From Acidimicrobiia bacterium (GTDB lineage Bacteria; Actinomycetota; Acidimicrobiia; IMCC26256; JAENVU01), in assembly GCA_031422675.1 (NCBI GenBank), contig JANPMG010000169.1, positions 2,681 to 66,680 of the forward strand: 64,000 nt of DNA. Reading direction: 5' to 3'. The position numbers and the translations under genes are program-made. Under the pieces are notes generated by a model. The model was not told where the DNA came from. It made no database searches and saw nothing but the letters and a program-made list of their open reading frames with translations. Below, one piece after another: positions 1 through 9,008 of this stretch; positions within the stretch are counted from its first letter, which is position 1, and every line of letters starts with the position of its first letter.

Positions 1-57
1 ATGGCGATCCACTTCTGGCGCGTCCGTAAGGACGGCGGCATCAGTGGACCGCTCTAG
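1..57 (+). CDS. 3' end of a short (b6-like) cytochrome b gene, cut by the window edge
   Basis: Frame 1 reads ..IHFWRVRKDGGISGPL then stop. An RKxGISGPL-type C-terminus is typical of the N-terminal half of split cytochrome b. A subunit-IV-like gene follows 17 nt later. Confidence 0.5.
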   Translation: MAIHFWRVRKDGGISGPL

Positions 58-74
58 GCCGGAGGGATTGACTC

Positions 75-923
75 ATGGCTGAAGTCCCCGAACACCTGCT
101 GAAGCGCAGCGCGGAACGACGTAAAGCGCTCGGACTGCCCGGCGGCGAAGGTGCCGACGACGCGCCGGCCGCCGAAACCGGAGACGCCGCTGCGGCAGAA
201 GCGCCGACTCCGGCCGCCGAGGAAGCTGCGCCCGTCGCGGCCAGTACGGCCGACGAAGGCGTGATCACCGAGGACAAGGGTGGCGTTCCGGCGCACCTGC
301 TCGAGCGCGCCCGCAAGCGCAAGGCCGTCCTCGCCGGCGAGGACCCCGGTGCCGCCACGGGCGGTGGTGGCGTGGCCACCGCGACGAAGGTGGCGCCGAT
401 CGCCGCGCCGGTGGGAACCGGTCCCGGCGGCCACACTCAGCGCCTGCTGACGGTGGTGAAGTCCGGTTCGATCCAACAGACCCGGGCCGAAGCCGTGGAC
501 AAGGTGCACACGTGGCCGCACCTGTTGGTGGTGGAGTTCGCCGCCGCCTTGGCCCTCACCGCGATCACCTTGATCTTCTCGGCGATCGTGCGCGCGCCGC
601 TGTTGGGCCTCGCCGACGTGAACCAGACGCCGAACCCGTCGAAAGCGCCGTGGTACTTCCTCGGCCTCCAGGAACTCCTCACGATGTTCCACCCGATGGT
701 CGCCGGCGTGACGATTCCCGGCATGGGTCTCTTCCTGCTCATGGTGGCGCCGTACGTGGACTCGAATCCGTCGAACAAGCCCGAGGACCGGAAGTTCGCG
801 ATTTCGCTGTTCACGCTCTTCCTCATGTTCTGGGCCGTGTTGGTCATCATCGGATCGTTCTTCCGGGGCGCGGGCTTCAACTTCGTGTTCCCCTGGAACG
901 ACGGCATCTTCTTCGAGCTCTAA
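75..923 (+). CDS. Cytochrome bc complex subunit IV-like protein (C-terminal half of split cytochrome b) with a long Ala/Pro/Glu-rich N-terminal extension
   Basis: PNPSKAPWYFLGLQELL motif (PEWY-loop region of cytochrome b / PetD) plus three hydrophobic helices in the last ~150 aa. The first ~130 aa are low complexity. Confidence 0.8.
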   Translation: MAEVPEHLLKRSAERRKALGLPGGEGADDAPAAETGDAAAAEAPTPAAEEAAPVAASTADEGVITEDKGGVPAHLLERARKRKAVLAGEDPGAATGGGGVATATKVAPIAAPVGTGPGGHTQRLLTVVKSGSIQQTRAEAVDKVHTWPHLLVVEFAAALALTAITLIFSAIVRAPLLGLADVNQTPNPSKAPWYFLGLQELLTMFHPMVAGVTIPGMGLFLLMVAPYVDSNPSNKPEDRKFAISLFTLFLMFWAVLVIIGSFFRGAGFNFVFPWNDGIFFEL

Positions 924-932
924 GGATCTCCG

Positions 933-1784
933 TTGGACACCGCGCTGCTCATCGCCATCCCCGTCGTCATCGCCCTGGCGGCGATCACCGTGTTCGCGTC
1001 CGCGCGTCGGCGCACGAGTGACCCGGCCGGTCACGTCACCGGAACGCTCACCGGCGAGACGAAGGCGAGCGACTCCGGCTCGACCGACCTCGCCGTGCCC
1101 GATGCATCGGCGGAGGCTCGGGCCCGCGGCGAAGAGACCCGCGCCGGCGCGGGCGGCGTCGCCACTCGGCCGTCGTCGGGTGCTGCGGTGTACACGCCGG
1201 CCGAATACGAAGAGATCCAGGTCAGCCGGCGCCAGTTCTTCAACCGGGCCATCATCCAGACGATGGGGATCAGTGTCGGCACCTTCGGCATCGCGGCAAT
1301 CGCATTCCTCTTCGCCAAGTCCTCCGGAGGATTCGGCGGCAAGATCGACGCGGGCATCAGCCTGCCCGACGTCAAGGCCTACTGGGACTCCACCAAGCAG
1401 CCGTACTACGTGCCGGCCGCCCGCACCTACCTCCAGCCTTACCCGGCCGAGGACGTCGCCAAGGCCAAGAAGATCAACGAGTATGCGCTCGTCGTCCCCG
1501 GGATGGAGGAGGGCATCGTCGGTCTGTACCAGAAGTGCGTGCACCTGGGGTGCCGCGTTCCGTGGTGCCAGACCTCACAGTGGTTCGAGTGCCCGTGCCA
1601 CGGGTCGAAGTACAGCCGGGTCGGCGAACAACGCGGTGGCCCGGCGCCACGCGGTCTCGATCACTGGGTGGTGACCGTCTCCGGCTCGAACATCGGTATC
1701 GACACGTCGGGGACCGCCATCACCGGTCCGCCGATCGGGACCGACACCACCGGTCAGGGCGCCGAAGGCCCGCCGTGCGTGTGA
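933..1784 (+). CDS. qcrA: Rieske 2Fe-2S subunit of the menaquinol-cytochrome c reductase
   Basis: CVHLGC...CPCHGSKY Rieske cluster-binding boxes and N-terminal TM segments. Operon position is next to cytochrome b and c genes. TTG start as given by the ORF track. Confidence 0.85.
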   Translation: MDTALLIAIPVVIALAAITVFASARRRTSDPAGHVTGTLTGETKASDSGSTDLAVPDASAEARARGEETRAGAGGVATRPSSGAAVYTPAEYEEIQVSRRQFFNRAIIQTMGISVGTFGIAAIAFLFAKSSGGFGGKIDAGISLPDVKAYWDSTKQPYYVPAARTYLQPYPAEDVAKAKKINEYALVVPGMEEGIVGLYQKCVHLGCRVPWCQTSQWFECPCHGSKYSRVGEQRGGPAPRGLDHWVVTVSGSNIGIDTSGTAITGPPIGTDTTGQGAEGPPCV

Positions 1785-1830
1785 TGCCGACCCCAGCCGA
1801 CCACCAACCCGGAGCTTCGAAGAGGCCACT

Positions 1831-3054
1831 GTGACCCTGCGCACCCTCCTGATCCTCATCAACATCGCCGCGGTCATCACGATGGTCGTGATCATCGGCG
1901 CCAAGGTCCTCTCCGCCCGCCGCGAGCAGGCCGAGCGCACCGCCGAGAACCAGACCCCGTTCTACGCCGACGACGTCCTCGAAGACGCGCACCTGACCCG
2001 GGTGCTGCGGTGGGCGCTCATCTTCTCGACCATCGTCGCGGTGGTGCTCCCGCTGTACTGGCTGCTCGAGCCGGAACGACAGGTCCAGGAGGCGGCCGGA
2101 TTCGACCACCGCGCGATCGAACGCGGCGAGGTCCTCTACTCGAACCAGTCGATGCCCAACTACGAGAGCGCGAAGTCGTTGTTGTGTGCGGACTGCCACG
2201 GCGCCGACGGCGGCGGCGGCGCGAAGAGCTGGGTGCTCACCCCAGAGGCGCAGGGCGACACCGACGCCACGCCGGTCGCGGAGATCTGGAAGGTCCCCGC
2301 GCTGAACGACGTCTTCTATCGGTACAGCGAAGACCCCACCACTGCGTACCAGCAGATCACCCAGATCCTCGTGTACGGACGTCCGGGCACTCCGATGCCG
2401 GCGTGGGGCGTCGCCGGTGGCGGCCCGAAGAACGCGCAGGCCATCAGCGACATCGTCGCGTACTTGAAGAGCATCCAGATGACCCCGGCCCAAGCCAAAC
2501 TGGTGGCGGCCAAACGGGTGACCGAGTTCAAGGATTCCATCATCGGGAATCCGACCAAGCAGATTCCGAGCGCGTCGGCGGTCGCCGAGAAGAACCTCGC
2601 GGCCGCGGAGGAAGGCCTGGCGAACGCCAAGACGCCGCTCCAGACCCAGAAGTACCAGGGCGAGATCCGAGCGGCCCAGGAGGGCATCCGGCGCTCGAAG
2701 GAGTACGCCCTCGAGGTCTCGAGGATGACCGAGGGCGAGCTGCTCTTCAACACCCAGTGCGCCCGGTGCCACACCAAGGGATGGTCGACGCTCGAACCGA
2801 GCAACGGGTTCGTCCCCATGCCCGAACCGGCCGGCAGCGGTGCCCTCGGACCGTCGCTGCGCGGTGACGCGGTGGAGAGTCAGTTCCCCGGCGAGGCCGG
2901 GAAGCTCAAGCACTACGACTGGGTCGCGGTCGGGGCCGAGACCAATAAGGCGTATGGCGTGCGAGGGATGTCTTCGGGCACGATGCCGCACTTCGGCGAG
3001 ATCCTGAGCAAGGCTCAGATCGACGCGATCATCGAGTACGAACGGAACCTGTAG
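1831..3054 (+). CDS. qcrC: Membrane-anchored dihaem c-type cytochrome
   Basis: Two CxxCH haem-binding motifs (CADCH, CARCH) and an N-terminal TM helix. The gene follows the Rieske gene. Confidence 0.85.
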   Translation: MTLRTLLILINIAAVITMVVIIGAKVLSARREQAERTAENQTPFYADDVLEDAHLTRVLRWALIFSTIVAVVLPLYWLLEPERQVQEAAGFDHRAIERGEVLYSNQSMPNYESAKSLLCADCHGADGGGGAKSWVLTPEAQGDTDATPVAEIWKVPALNDVFYRYSEDPTTAYQQITQILVYGRPGTPMPAWGVAGGGPKNAQAISDIVAYLKSIQMTPAQAKLVAAKRVTEFKDSIIGNPTKQIPSASAVAEKNLAAAEEGLANAKTPLQTQKYQGEIRAAQEGIRRSKEYALEVSRMTEGELLFNTQCARCHTKGWSTLEPSNGFVPMPEPAGSGALGPSLRGDAVESQFPGEAGKLKHYDWVAVGAETNKAYGVRGMSSGTMPHFGEILSKAQIDAIIEYERNL

Positions 3055-3060
3055 GAGCTG

Positions 3061-3957
3061 ATGGTGCGCGTACTGACCGTTCTCGCCAGCGAAGGCCTGA
3101 AGAACCGGGACCTCTGGTACCCGACCATTCTCGGCGTCCTCGTCGTCATCTCCGCCGTCGCCCTCTTCATGGGGACGCCGTACATCCTGCTCGCCACGAA
3201 TCTCGGCTCCCGCCTCGGCTTCATGGTCACCGCCGCCGGACTCTCGGGCTTCATGGTGCTGCTCTCGCTGCTCTGGCTCACCAACCCGTCTCCGGTCAAC
3301 ACCTTGAAGGGCCGGCTTCCGCACTGGACGGCGGTCGAGGCGCTCGACAACGGCGACGTCGCGCGGTCCAAGATTCCCGCGGTGCAACGGATCAACGAGG
3401 AAGGCAGCGATGCGGACGCCGCGGCGATCACGAACCTGAAGGCCGCCGTCGACACCAACCTCATCCGCACGAAGAGTGGGGTCGGCGAGGTCGAAGCGGG
3501 CGCCGGCAGCAACTTCGCGATCTACGAGGACGCCACCGAGTACATCGTCCAGAAGAACCAACTCACCGGCGGCGGCAAGATCTTCAGTCAGTTCGACGTC
3601 TCCACCGGCGGCGGATTCCCCTGGATCCACGTGAGCTTGCACAAGCCCCTTTACGGCGTGATCACGCTGTGCGAGACGGACCCGGCCCTCTCCGCCACCG
3701 AAGTGCCCTTCGGTGAGCCGCCGCCGAAGCCGGCGTGCGCCGACTCGAAGCGCCAGGTGCTCGTCCTCGAACGTGATCTCGGTTCGCTACGAGTGCCGCC
3801 GTTCGTGACGCTGATCGCATCATCGATCCTGTTCATTCTCAGCCTGCTCACCATGCATTGGCGCGAGCGGGATCTGCAGGAGCAGTCGGCCAAGGTCGCC
3901 GGTGAGGCCGAGGCCATCACCAAAGCCGCCGCCGACCGCGACACCGAGACCGTCTAG
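3061..3957 (+). CDS. Uncharacterised membrane protein (N-terminal TM pair, ~170-aa extracytoplasmic domain, C-terminal TM), apparently last in the bc operon
   Basis: ORF starts 7 nt after the cytochrome c stop. Hydrophobic segments and strong GC3 coding bias, but no recognisable catalytic motif. Confidence 0.6.
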   Translation: MVRVLTVLASEGLKNRDLWYPTILGVLVVISAVALFMGTPYILLATNLGSRLGFMVTAAGLSGFMVLLSLLWLTNPSPVNTLKGRLPHWTAVEALDNGDVARSKIPAVQRINEEGSDADAAAITNLKAAVDTNLIRTKSGVGEVEAGAGSNFAIYEDATEYIVQKNQLTGGGKIFSQFDVSTGGGFPWIHVSLHKPLYGVITLCETDPALSATEVPFGEPPPKPACADSKRQVLVLERDLGSLRVPPFVTLIASSILFILSLLTMHWRERDLQEQSAKVAGEAEAITKAAADRDTETV

Positions 3958-3964
3958 GAGCCTG

Positions 3965-4195
3965 GTGACACAGCGTTTGAACTCCACCATTCGGAACTGG
4001 ACGGTCGCGGCCGTTCTGGTCGTCGTGGCCGCCGGATGTAGCGATGGCCAGCTCGTCGACGCCGGCGGCGAGGGTGGTGGAGGCGGGCTCGCGTTCGTGC
4101 TGCTCGTGTTCTTCTTCCTGCTCTTCATCGCGTCGCTCTTCTACATGGACCGCGTCCGTCAGCGTCGTCGCGGCGACGAGGACGACAACGCCTGA
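3965..4195 (+). CDS. Small putative lipoprotein / two-TM protein
   Basis: GTG start in the 3902..4195 frame. Lipobox-like VVAAGCSDG, then a Gly run and a Phe/Leu-rich helix, then a basic/acidic tail. Confidence 0.4.
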   Translation: MTQRLNSTIRNWTVAAVLVVVAAGCSDGQLVDAGGEGGGGGLAFVLLVFFFLLFIASLFYMDRVRQRRRGDEDDNA

Positions 4196-5515
4196 TCAGA
4201 GGGTGGACGCGACCTCGGCGGCGATGGCGATGGTCTCGTCGATGATCGCGTCGGTGTGGGCCAGCGAGACGAACGTCGTCTCGTAGCCGCTCGGGGCGAA
4301 GTAGACGCCCCGGTCCAGCATCCCGTGAAAGAAGCGGGCGTAGCGAGCGTGATCGGCGGCCTGGGCTTCCCCGTAGTTCGTGACGGGAGCCGGAGAGAAG
4401 AACAGCCCGGCCAAGGTGCCCGCTTGGGTGACCTGCGCCGCGAGGCCCGCCGTACTCAGGGCGTCGAGGAGACCCGCGGTGAGCCGGCCCGCCTTCGCCT
4501 CGAGCGTGGCGTACGCGTGCTCGTCGAGCTGTTCCAGCGCGGCCAGTCCCGCGGCGGTGGCCAGCGGGTTCCCGGACAAGGTGCCGGCTTGGTAGACGGG
4601 ACCGAGTGGTGCCAGGTGATCCATGATCGACGCCGCGCCACCGATCGCGGCCAGCGGCAGACCGCCACCCACCACCTTCCCGAAGATCGACAGATCCGGC
4701 GTGATCCCGAACCGCACTTGGGCACCGCCGCCCCCGACCCGGAATCCGGTGATGACTTCGTCGAAGACCAAGAGCGCACCAGCACCGGTGCTGCGGTTCC
4801 GCAGGTAGTCGAGGAACCCGGAGGCCGGCAGGACCAGCCCCATGTTGGCGGCGATCGGCTCGACGAGGACCGCGGCGATGTCATGCTCGAGGAACGCCGC
4901 GTCGACGGCAGGGATGTCGTTGTACGGCACCACCACGGTGTCCGCAACCGCTCCAGCCGTGACCCCCGCGCTGCCCGGAAGGCCCAGGGTGGCCACGCCA
5001 CTGCCCGCCGCCACGAGCAGTGAATCCAGATGGCCGTGGTAGCAGCCGGCGAACTTCAGGATCTTCGTCCGCCCGGTGGCACCGCGGGCGAGCCGCACCG
5101 CGGTCATTGCCGCCTCGGTACCGCTCGAGACCAGGCGCACCTTCTCGACGCTCGGCACGCGATCGCAGATGGCTTCCGCGAGTTCGACCTCGCGAGCCGT
5201 GGGGGCTCCAAAGGACGTGCCGTCCGCCGCGGCGCGTTGCACGGCTTCGACGATGTGGGGGTCGGCGTGACCGAGGATCGACGCGCCCCACGACTGGACG
5301 TAGTCCACGTAGTGGCGGCCTTCGGTGTCGATCAGCTCCGCACCCATCCCCGATGCCACGAAGAAGGGGGCGCCACCGACCGCGTTGAACGCGCGCACCG
5401 GAGAGTTCACCCCGCCGGGGATCCGCGCGTTCGCACGGGCGAGCAGCGCGTCGTCGGTCACGACTCCCGCTCTCGGCGCAGAGCGCCGGGCCGCTCGGGC
5501 CCCGCTCGAAGACAT
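4196..5515 (-). CDS. hemL: Glutamate-1-semialdehyde 2,1-aminomutase
   Basis: GGVNSPVRAF N-terminal signature, class-III aminotransferase length, hem operon context. Confidence 0.9.
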   Translation of the reverse strand: MSSSGARAARRSAPRAGVVTDDALLARANARIPGGVNSPVRAFNAVGGAPFFVASGMGAELIDTEGRHYVDYVQSWGASILGHADPHIVEAVQRAAADGTSFGAPTAREVELAEAICDRVPSVEKVRLVSSGTEAAMTAVRLARGATGRTKILKFAGCYHGHLDSLLVAAGSGVATLGLPGSAGVTAGAVADTVVVPYNDIPAVDAAFLEHDIAAVLVEPIAANMGLVLPASGFLDYLRNRSTGAGALLVFDEVITGFRVGGGGAQVRFGITPDLSIFGKVVGGGLPLAAIGGAASIMDHLAPLGPVYQAGTLSGNPLATAAGLAALEQLDEHAYATLEAKAGRLTAGLLDALSTAGLAAQVTQAGTLAGLFFSPAPVTNYGEAQAADHARYARFFHGMLDRGVYFAPSGYETTFVSLAHTDAIIDETIAIAAEVASTL

Positions 5516-5546
5516 CTTCGGTCGTTCAACATTCCCAGGGCCTCGC

Positions 5547-6527
5547 TCACGAGTTCATGACCTCGGCGACCTCGCGGGCGAAGTAGGTGAGGATGAAGTC
5601 CGCGCCGGCGCGGCGAATCGCAAGGAGGTGCTCCATCGCCACCGCGTCACCGTCGATCCAGCCGTTCGCAGCCGCGGCCTTCACCATCGCGTACTCCCCA
5701 CTCACGTGGTACGCCGCGAGTGGGAGATCGAACGACGCCCGGAGGGACGCAATGACATCAAGGTACGCGAGCGCCGGCTTGACCATGATCATGTCGGCGC
5801 CCTCGCCCACGTCGAGCGCGGTCTCGTCCAGGGCCTCGCGCGCGTTCCCCGGCTGCATCTGGTACCCGCGCCGGTCACCGGACTGCGGCGCACACTCCGC
5901 GGCGTCCCGGAACGGTCCGTACAACGCGGACGCGTACTTGGCGGAGTAGGCCAGGATCGCGGTGTCGGCGTGCTGGCCGGCGTCGAGCGCCCGGCGGATC
6001 GCGCCGACCTGACCGTCCATCATCCCACTCGGTGCCACCACGTCGGCGCCCGCGTCGGCTTGGGCCAACGCGATCGACGCGTACCGATCGAGGGTGGCGT
6101 CGTTGTCGATCTCTCCGGTGGGGCCGAGCAGTCCACAGTGACCGTGATCGGTGTACTCGTCGAGACAGGCGTCGGCCATGACGACGAGTTCGTCGCCGAC
6201 CTCGTCGCGCAGATTCCTGATCGCGACCTGCACCACGCCATCGACGGCGTCGGCGCTGCTCCCCCGACCATCCTTCCGTTCCGGGATTCCGAACAGGATC
6301 ACCCCGGGAATCCCCAGGTCGGCAAGACCCCGAACCTCCCGCCGCAGACTCGCGTGAGTGTGCTGAACCACGCCGGGCATCGACGCCACCGGCTCCGGCT
6401 CGCGGATGCCTTCCTTGACGAACAGCGGGGCGACGAGGTCGTCGACGTGGAGTCGTGTCTCGGCCGCGAGCCTCCGGAACGCAGGTGTTCGTCGTAGCCG
6501 GCGGGATCGGCTCTCCGGAAAACTCAC
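5547..6527 (-). CDS. hemB: Porphobilinogen synthase (delta-aminolevulinate dehydratase)
   Basis: RRLRRTPAFRRL..LVAPLFV N-terminus, active-site region MVKPALAYLD, SGEYAM motif. Confidence 0.9.
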   Translation of the reverse strand: MSFPESRSRRLRRTPAFRRLAAETRLHVDDLVAPLFVKEGIREPEPVASMPGVVQHTHASLRREVRGLADLGIPGVILFGIPERKDGRGSSADAVDGVVQVAIRNLRDEVGDELVVMADACLDEYTDHGHCGLLGPTGEIDNDATLDRYASIALAQADAGADVVAPSGMMDGQVGAIRRALDAGQHADTAILAYSAKYASALYGPFRDAAECAPQSGDRRGYQMQPGNAREALDETALDVGEGADMIMVKPALAYLDVIASLRASFDLPLAAYHVSGEYAMVKAAAANGWIDGDAVAMEHLLAIRRAGADFILTYFAREVAEVMNS

Positions 6528-6536
6528 GGCGTCAGG

Positions 6537-8009
6537 CTACCGATCGCGATCGACGGCGAGTGCGCCGAGAATCGCGACGACGAGCCCGTCGATGGTGTGA
6601 GGATCGGCCTCGGCGTCCACTCGGACACCGCGCGCCGCGGCGGCGTCACTCGTGACCGGGCCGATGGACACGATCGCCGGGCCGGGGCTCGGGAGCTCAC
6701 CCACGAGATCGAAGAAGTTGTCGACGGTGGACGCGGACGTGAACGTGATCGCGTCCACCGCACCGGATCGAAGCTGCTCCAGGTGGTTGGGATCGGGGGC
6801 GGCGGTCACCGTGCGGTACACCGGCATGATCTCGACGTCGTAACCGAGCCGCGCGAGTCCTTCCGGGAGCACGTCCCGGGCAGTCTCGGCGCGCGGGATC
6901 AACACTCGATCGTCGATGAGCGCCGGCGGAAAGGCCTCGAGCAGCGACTCCGCAACCGACCGGGCGGGGACGAGATCCGGACGGATGCCGAACCGCGCGA
7001 GCGACTCGGTGGTTCCCGGCCCGATCGCGCCGACGCGCAAACCCGCCAGGGCGCGGGCATCGAGATCGTGGGCCGCCAGACCACGCGTGAAGAACCCGTC
7101 CACTGCATTCACCGACGTGAACACGATCCAGTCGTAACCGTCCAACGGTGGCAGCGAGACCGGAAGCGGTTCGATCGCGATCGTCGGGAGCTCCACGACC
7201 GCCGCGCCCAGTTCCTCGAGCCGCGCCGCCAGACTGCTGGCCTGCTCACGCGCGCGCGTGACGATGACCGTGCGCCCGAAGAGCGGGCGGGCCTCGAACC
7301 ACGCGAGGTCGAGCCCGGCCACCGCTCCCACCACGATCGCACTCGGCGAGGCGACCCCAAGTGCGGTGATCGTGGACAACGTCGCCCGAGTGGTGGCCTG
7401 CTCGGGACGCGTGCCCCAACGGACCGCGGCGACCGGCGTGTCCGCGTCACGCCCGTTCGCCATCAGGAGTTCGACGATGGCGTCGAGTCGGCCGGCTCCC
7501 ATCAAGATCACCAGGGTTCCGCCCGCCCGCGCCAAGGCGGCCCAATCGGTGTCGGTGGTGCCCTTGGCCGGGTCTTCGTGGCCGGTGACGACGGTGAAGT
7601 GAGTGGAGAGGCCGCGGTGCGTGACCGGGATCCCGGCGTACGCCGGGGCCGCGATCGCACTCGTGATCCCGGGCACCACCTCGAACCGGATGCCGGCCGC
7701 GATGAGAACCTCGGCTTCCTCACCACCGCGACCGAACACGAACGGGTCGCCACCCTTCAGCCGCACGACGGTCCGATCGGTGCGGCCGTGTTCCACGAGG
7801 GTGGCGTTGATGCCGTCCTGATCCATCGCGACTCGTCCCGGGGCTTTCCCCACGTCGATACGCAACGCATGAGCCGGCGCGAGATCGAGGAGCGACGGGT
7901 GCGCCAGCCGGTCGTACACCACCACGTCGGCGCGCTCGAGCAACTCACCCCCCCGCCTCGTCAACAACCCCGGGTCGCCCGGCCCGGCACCGACCAAGTA
8001 CACCGTCAT
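6537..8009 (-). CDS. cobA: Bifunctional uroporphyrinogen-III C-methyltransferase / uroporphyrinogen-III synthase
   Basis: MTVYLVGAGPGDPGLLT SAM-methyltransferase N-terminus followed by a HemD-like C-terminal half. Start placed at the ATG giving MTVYLVG (8009) rather than the ORF-track start at 8042. Confidence 0.8.
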   Translation of the reverse strand: MTVYLVGAGPGDPGLLTRRGGELLERADVVVYDRLAHPSLLDLAPAHALRIDVGKAPGRVAMDQDGINATLVEHGRTDRTVVRLKGGDPFVFGRGGEEAEVLIAAGIRFEVVPGITSAIAAPAYAGIPVTHRGLSTHFTVVTGHEDPAKGTTDTDWAALARAGGTLVILMGAGRLDAIVELLMANGRDADTPVAAVRWGTRPEQATTRATLSTITALGVASPSAIVVGAVAGLDLAWFEARPLFGRTVIVTRAREQASSLAARLEELGAAVVELPTIAIEPLPVSLPPLDGYDWIVFTSVNAVDGFFTRGLAAHDLDARALAGLRVGAIGPGTTESLARFGIRPDLVPARSVAESLLEAFPPALIDDRVLIPRAETARDVLPEGLARLGYDVEIMPVYRTVTAAPDPNHLEQLRSGAVDAITFTSASTVDNFFDLVGELPSPGPAIVSIGPVTSDAAAARGVRVDAEADPHTIDGLVVAILGALAVDRDR

Positions 8010-8111
8010 CGGTCGACCCCCACGCCAGCGGTGACGGGCCACGCGCGACGAACCCGTCCGGCACCGACCAAGTACACGGTCATCGGTCGACCCCCACGCC
8101 AGCGGTGACGG
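7984..8111. repeat. Two 54-bp direct repeat copies (7984..8037 and 8058..8111, one mismatch) duplicating the hemC-stop/cobA-start junction
   Basis: Read directly: ccggcaccgaccaagtacac(c/g)gtcatcggtcgacccccacgccagcggtgacgg occurs twice, 74 bp apart. Each copy carries the SD-like GGGGG and an ATG encoding MTVYLVGAG on the minus strand. Confidence 0.9.
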
Positions 8112-9008
8112 TCACGCCGTCGGTCCCGATTCGAGGAGGGCGCGGCCGCCGTGATCGTCGAGGATCGTGCGGGCCACGACGGTGCCGAGAAGTTCGGGAT
8201 CGGCGTCGTTCGCACCGGCGCGCGCCACCGTCGAGCCGTCCATCGCGGCGAGCAGCGCATCCAGCCGAATGCCCTGTTGCGCGTCGACGGTGGCGTACGC
8301 GGCGCACGGCATGGTGCAGCCACCGCCGAGTTCCCGAAGGTACGCGCGTTCGGCGAGGAGCGCGGTGTGCGCGTCCTCGTCGTCGATGAGCTTCAGCGCT
8401 TCCAGCGAAGCTTCGTCATCGATCCGGCACTCGACCGCGAGGGCACCCTGGCCGATCATGGGCAACATCAGATCCACCTCCAGCACTTCCGCGATGTGCT
8501 CGGTCAGTCCGAGCCGCTCCAGGGGCGCGAGCGCCACGACGATTGCATCGAAGTCCGCGGCGCGTTCGATCCGGGTCCCGATGTTGCCCCGCAGTTCGCC
8601 GAAGTGAAGGTCCGGTCGTACCGCCGCGAGTTGGGCGCGCCGCCGGACTGCGCCGGTGCCGACGGTGCCGCCGTCCGCGATCGCACCGAGACGCGCCCCG
8701 ACGAGCGCGTCTCGCACATCACCCCGTTCGGGAACCGCCCCGATGACGAGACCGTCGGCGGTGACCGCCGGAAGATCCTTGGCCGAGTGCACCGCGAAGT
8801 CGGCGTCGCCACGCCGCACGGCTTCTTGTACCTCTTTCACGAACACCCCGGTCCCACCGATTGCGTGAATCGCGCTGGTCCGATCGCGGTCGCCGCGCGT
8901 GCTGACCACCACCAGCTCAGTGGCTCCACCCAGCTGGGTGGCAACCCGCTCCGCCTGCCAGCGCGCCAGCGCACTCCCGCGCGTCGCGATGCGAATCGGT
9001 CGGCTCAT
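8112..9008 (-). CDS. hemC: Hydroxymethylbilane synthase (porphobilinogen deaminase)
   Basis: IRIATRGSALARWQAE N-terminus, typical length, between hemA and cobA/hemD. Confidence 0.9.
   Translation of the reverse strand: MSRPIRIATRGSALARWQAERVATQLGGATELVVVSTRGDRDRTSAIHAIGGTGVFVKEVQEAVRRGDADFAVHSAKDLPAVTADGLVIGAVPERGDVRDALVGARLGAIADGGTVGTGAVRRRAQLAAVRPDLHFGELRGNIGTRIERAADFDAIVVALAPLERLGLTEHIAEVLEVDLMLPMIGQGALAVECRIDDEASLEALKLIDDEDAHTALLAERAYLRELGGGCTMPCAAYATVDAQQGIRLDALLAAMDGSTVARAGANDADPELLGTVVARTILDDHGGRALLESGPTA

Noticed and set aside
1720-3642. 640-aa minus-strand ORF covering the Rieske/cytochrome c/membrane-protein genes. Similar long ORFs occur at 54..1544 (-), 27290..29050 (+), 41001..43010 (-), 51316..53514 (+) and 54082..56259 (+).
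   Set aside because: All lie antisense to, or out of frame with, genes that have clear family motifs. Their products are Arg/Gly/Asp/His-rich low-complexity strings, typical of stop-codon-poor alternative frames in very GC-rich DNA.
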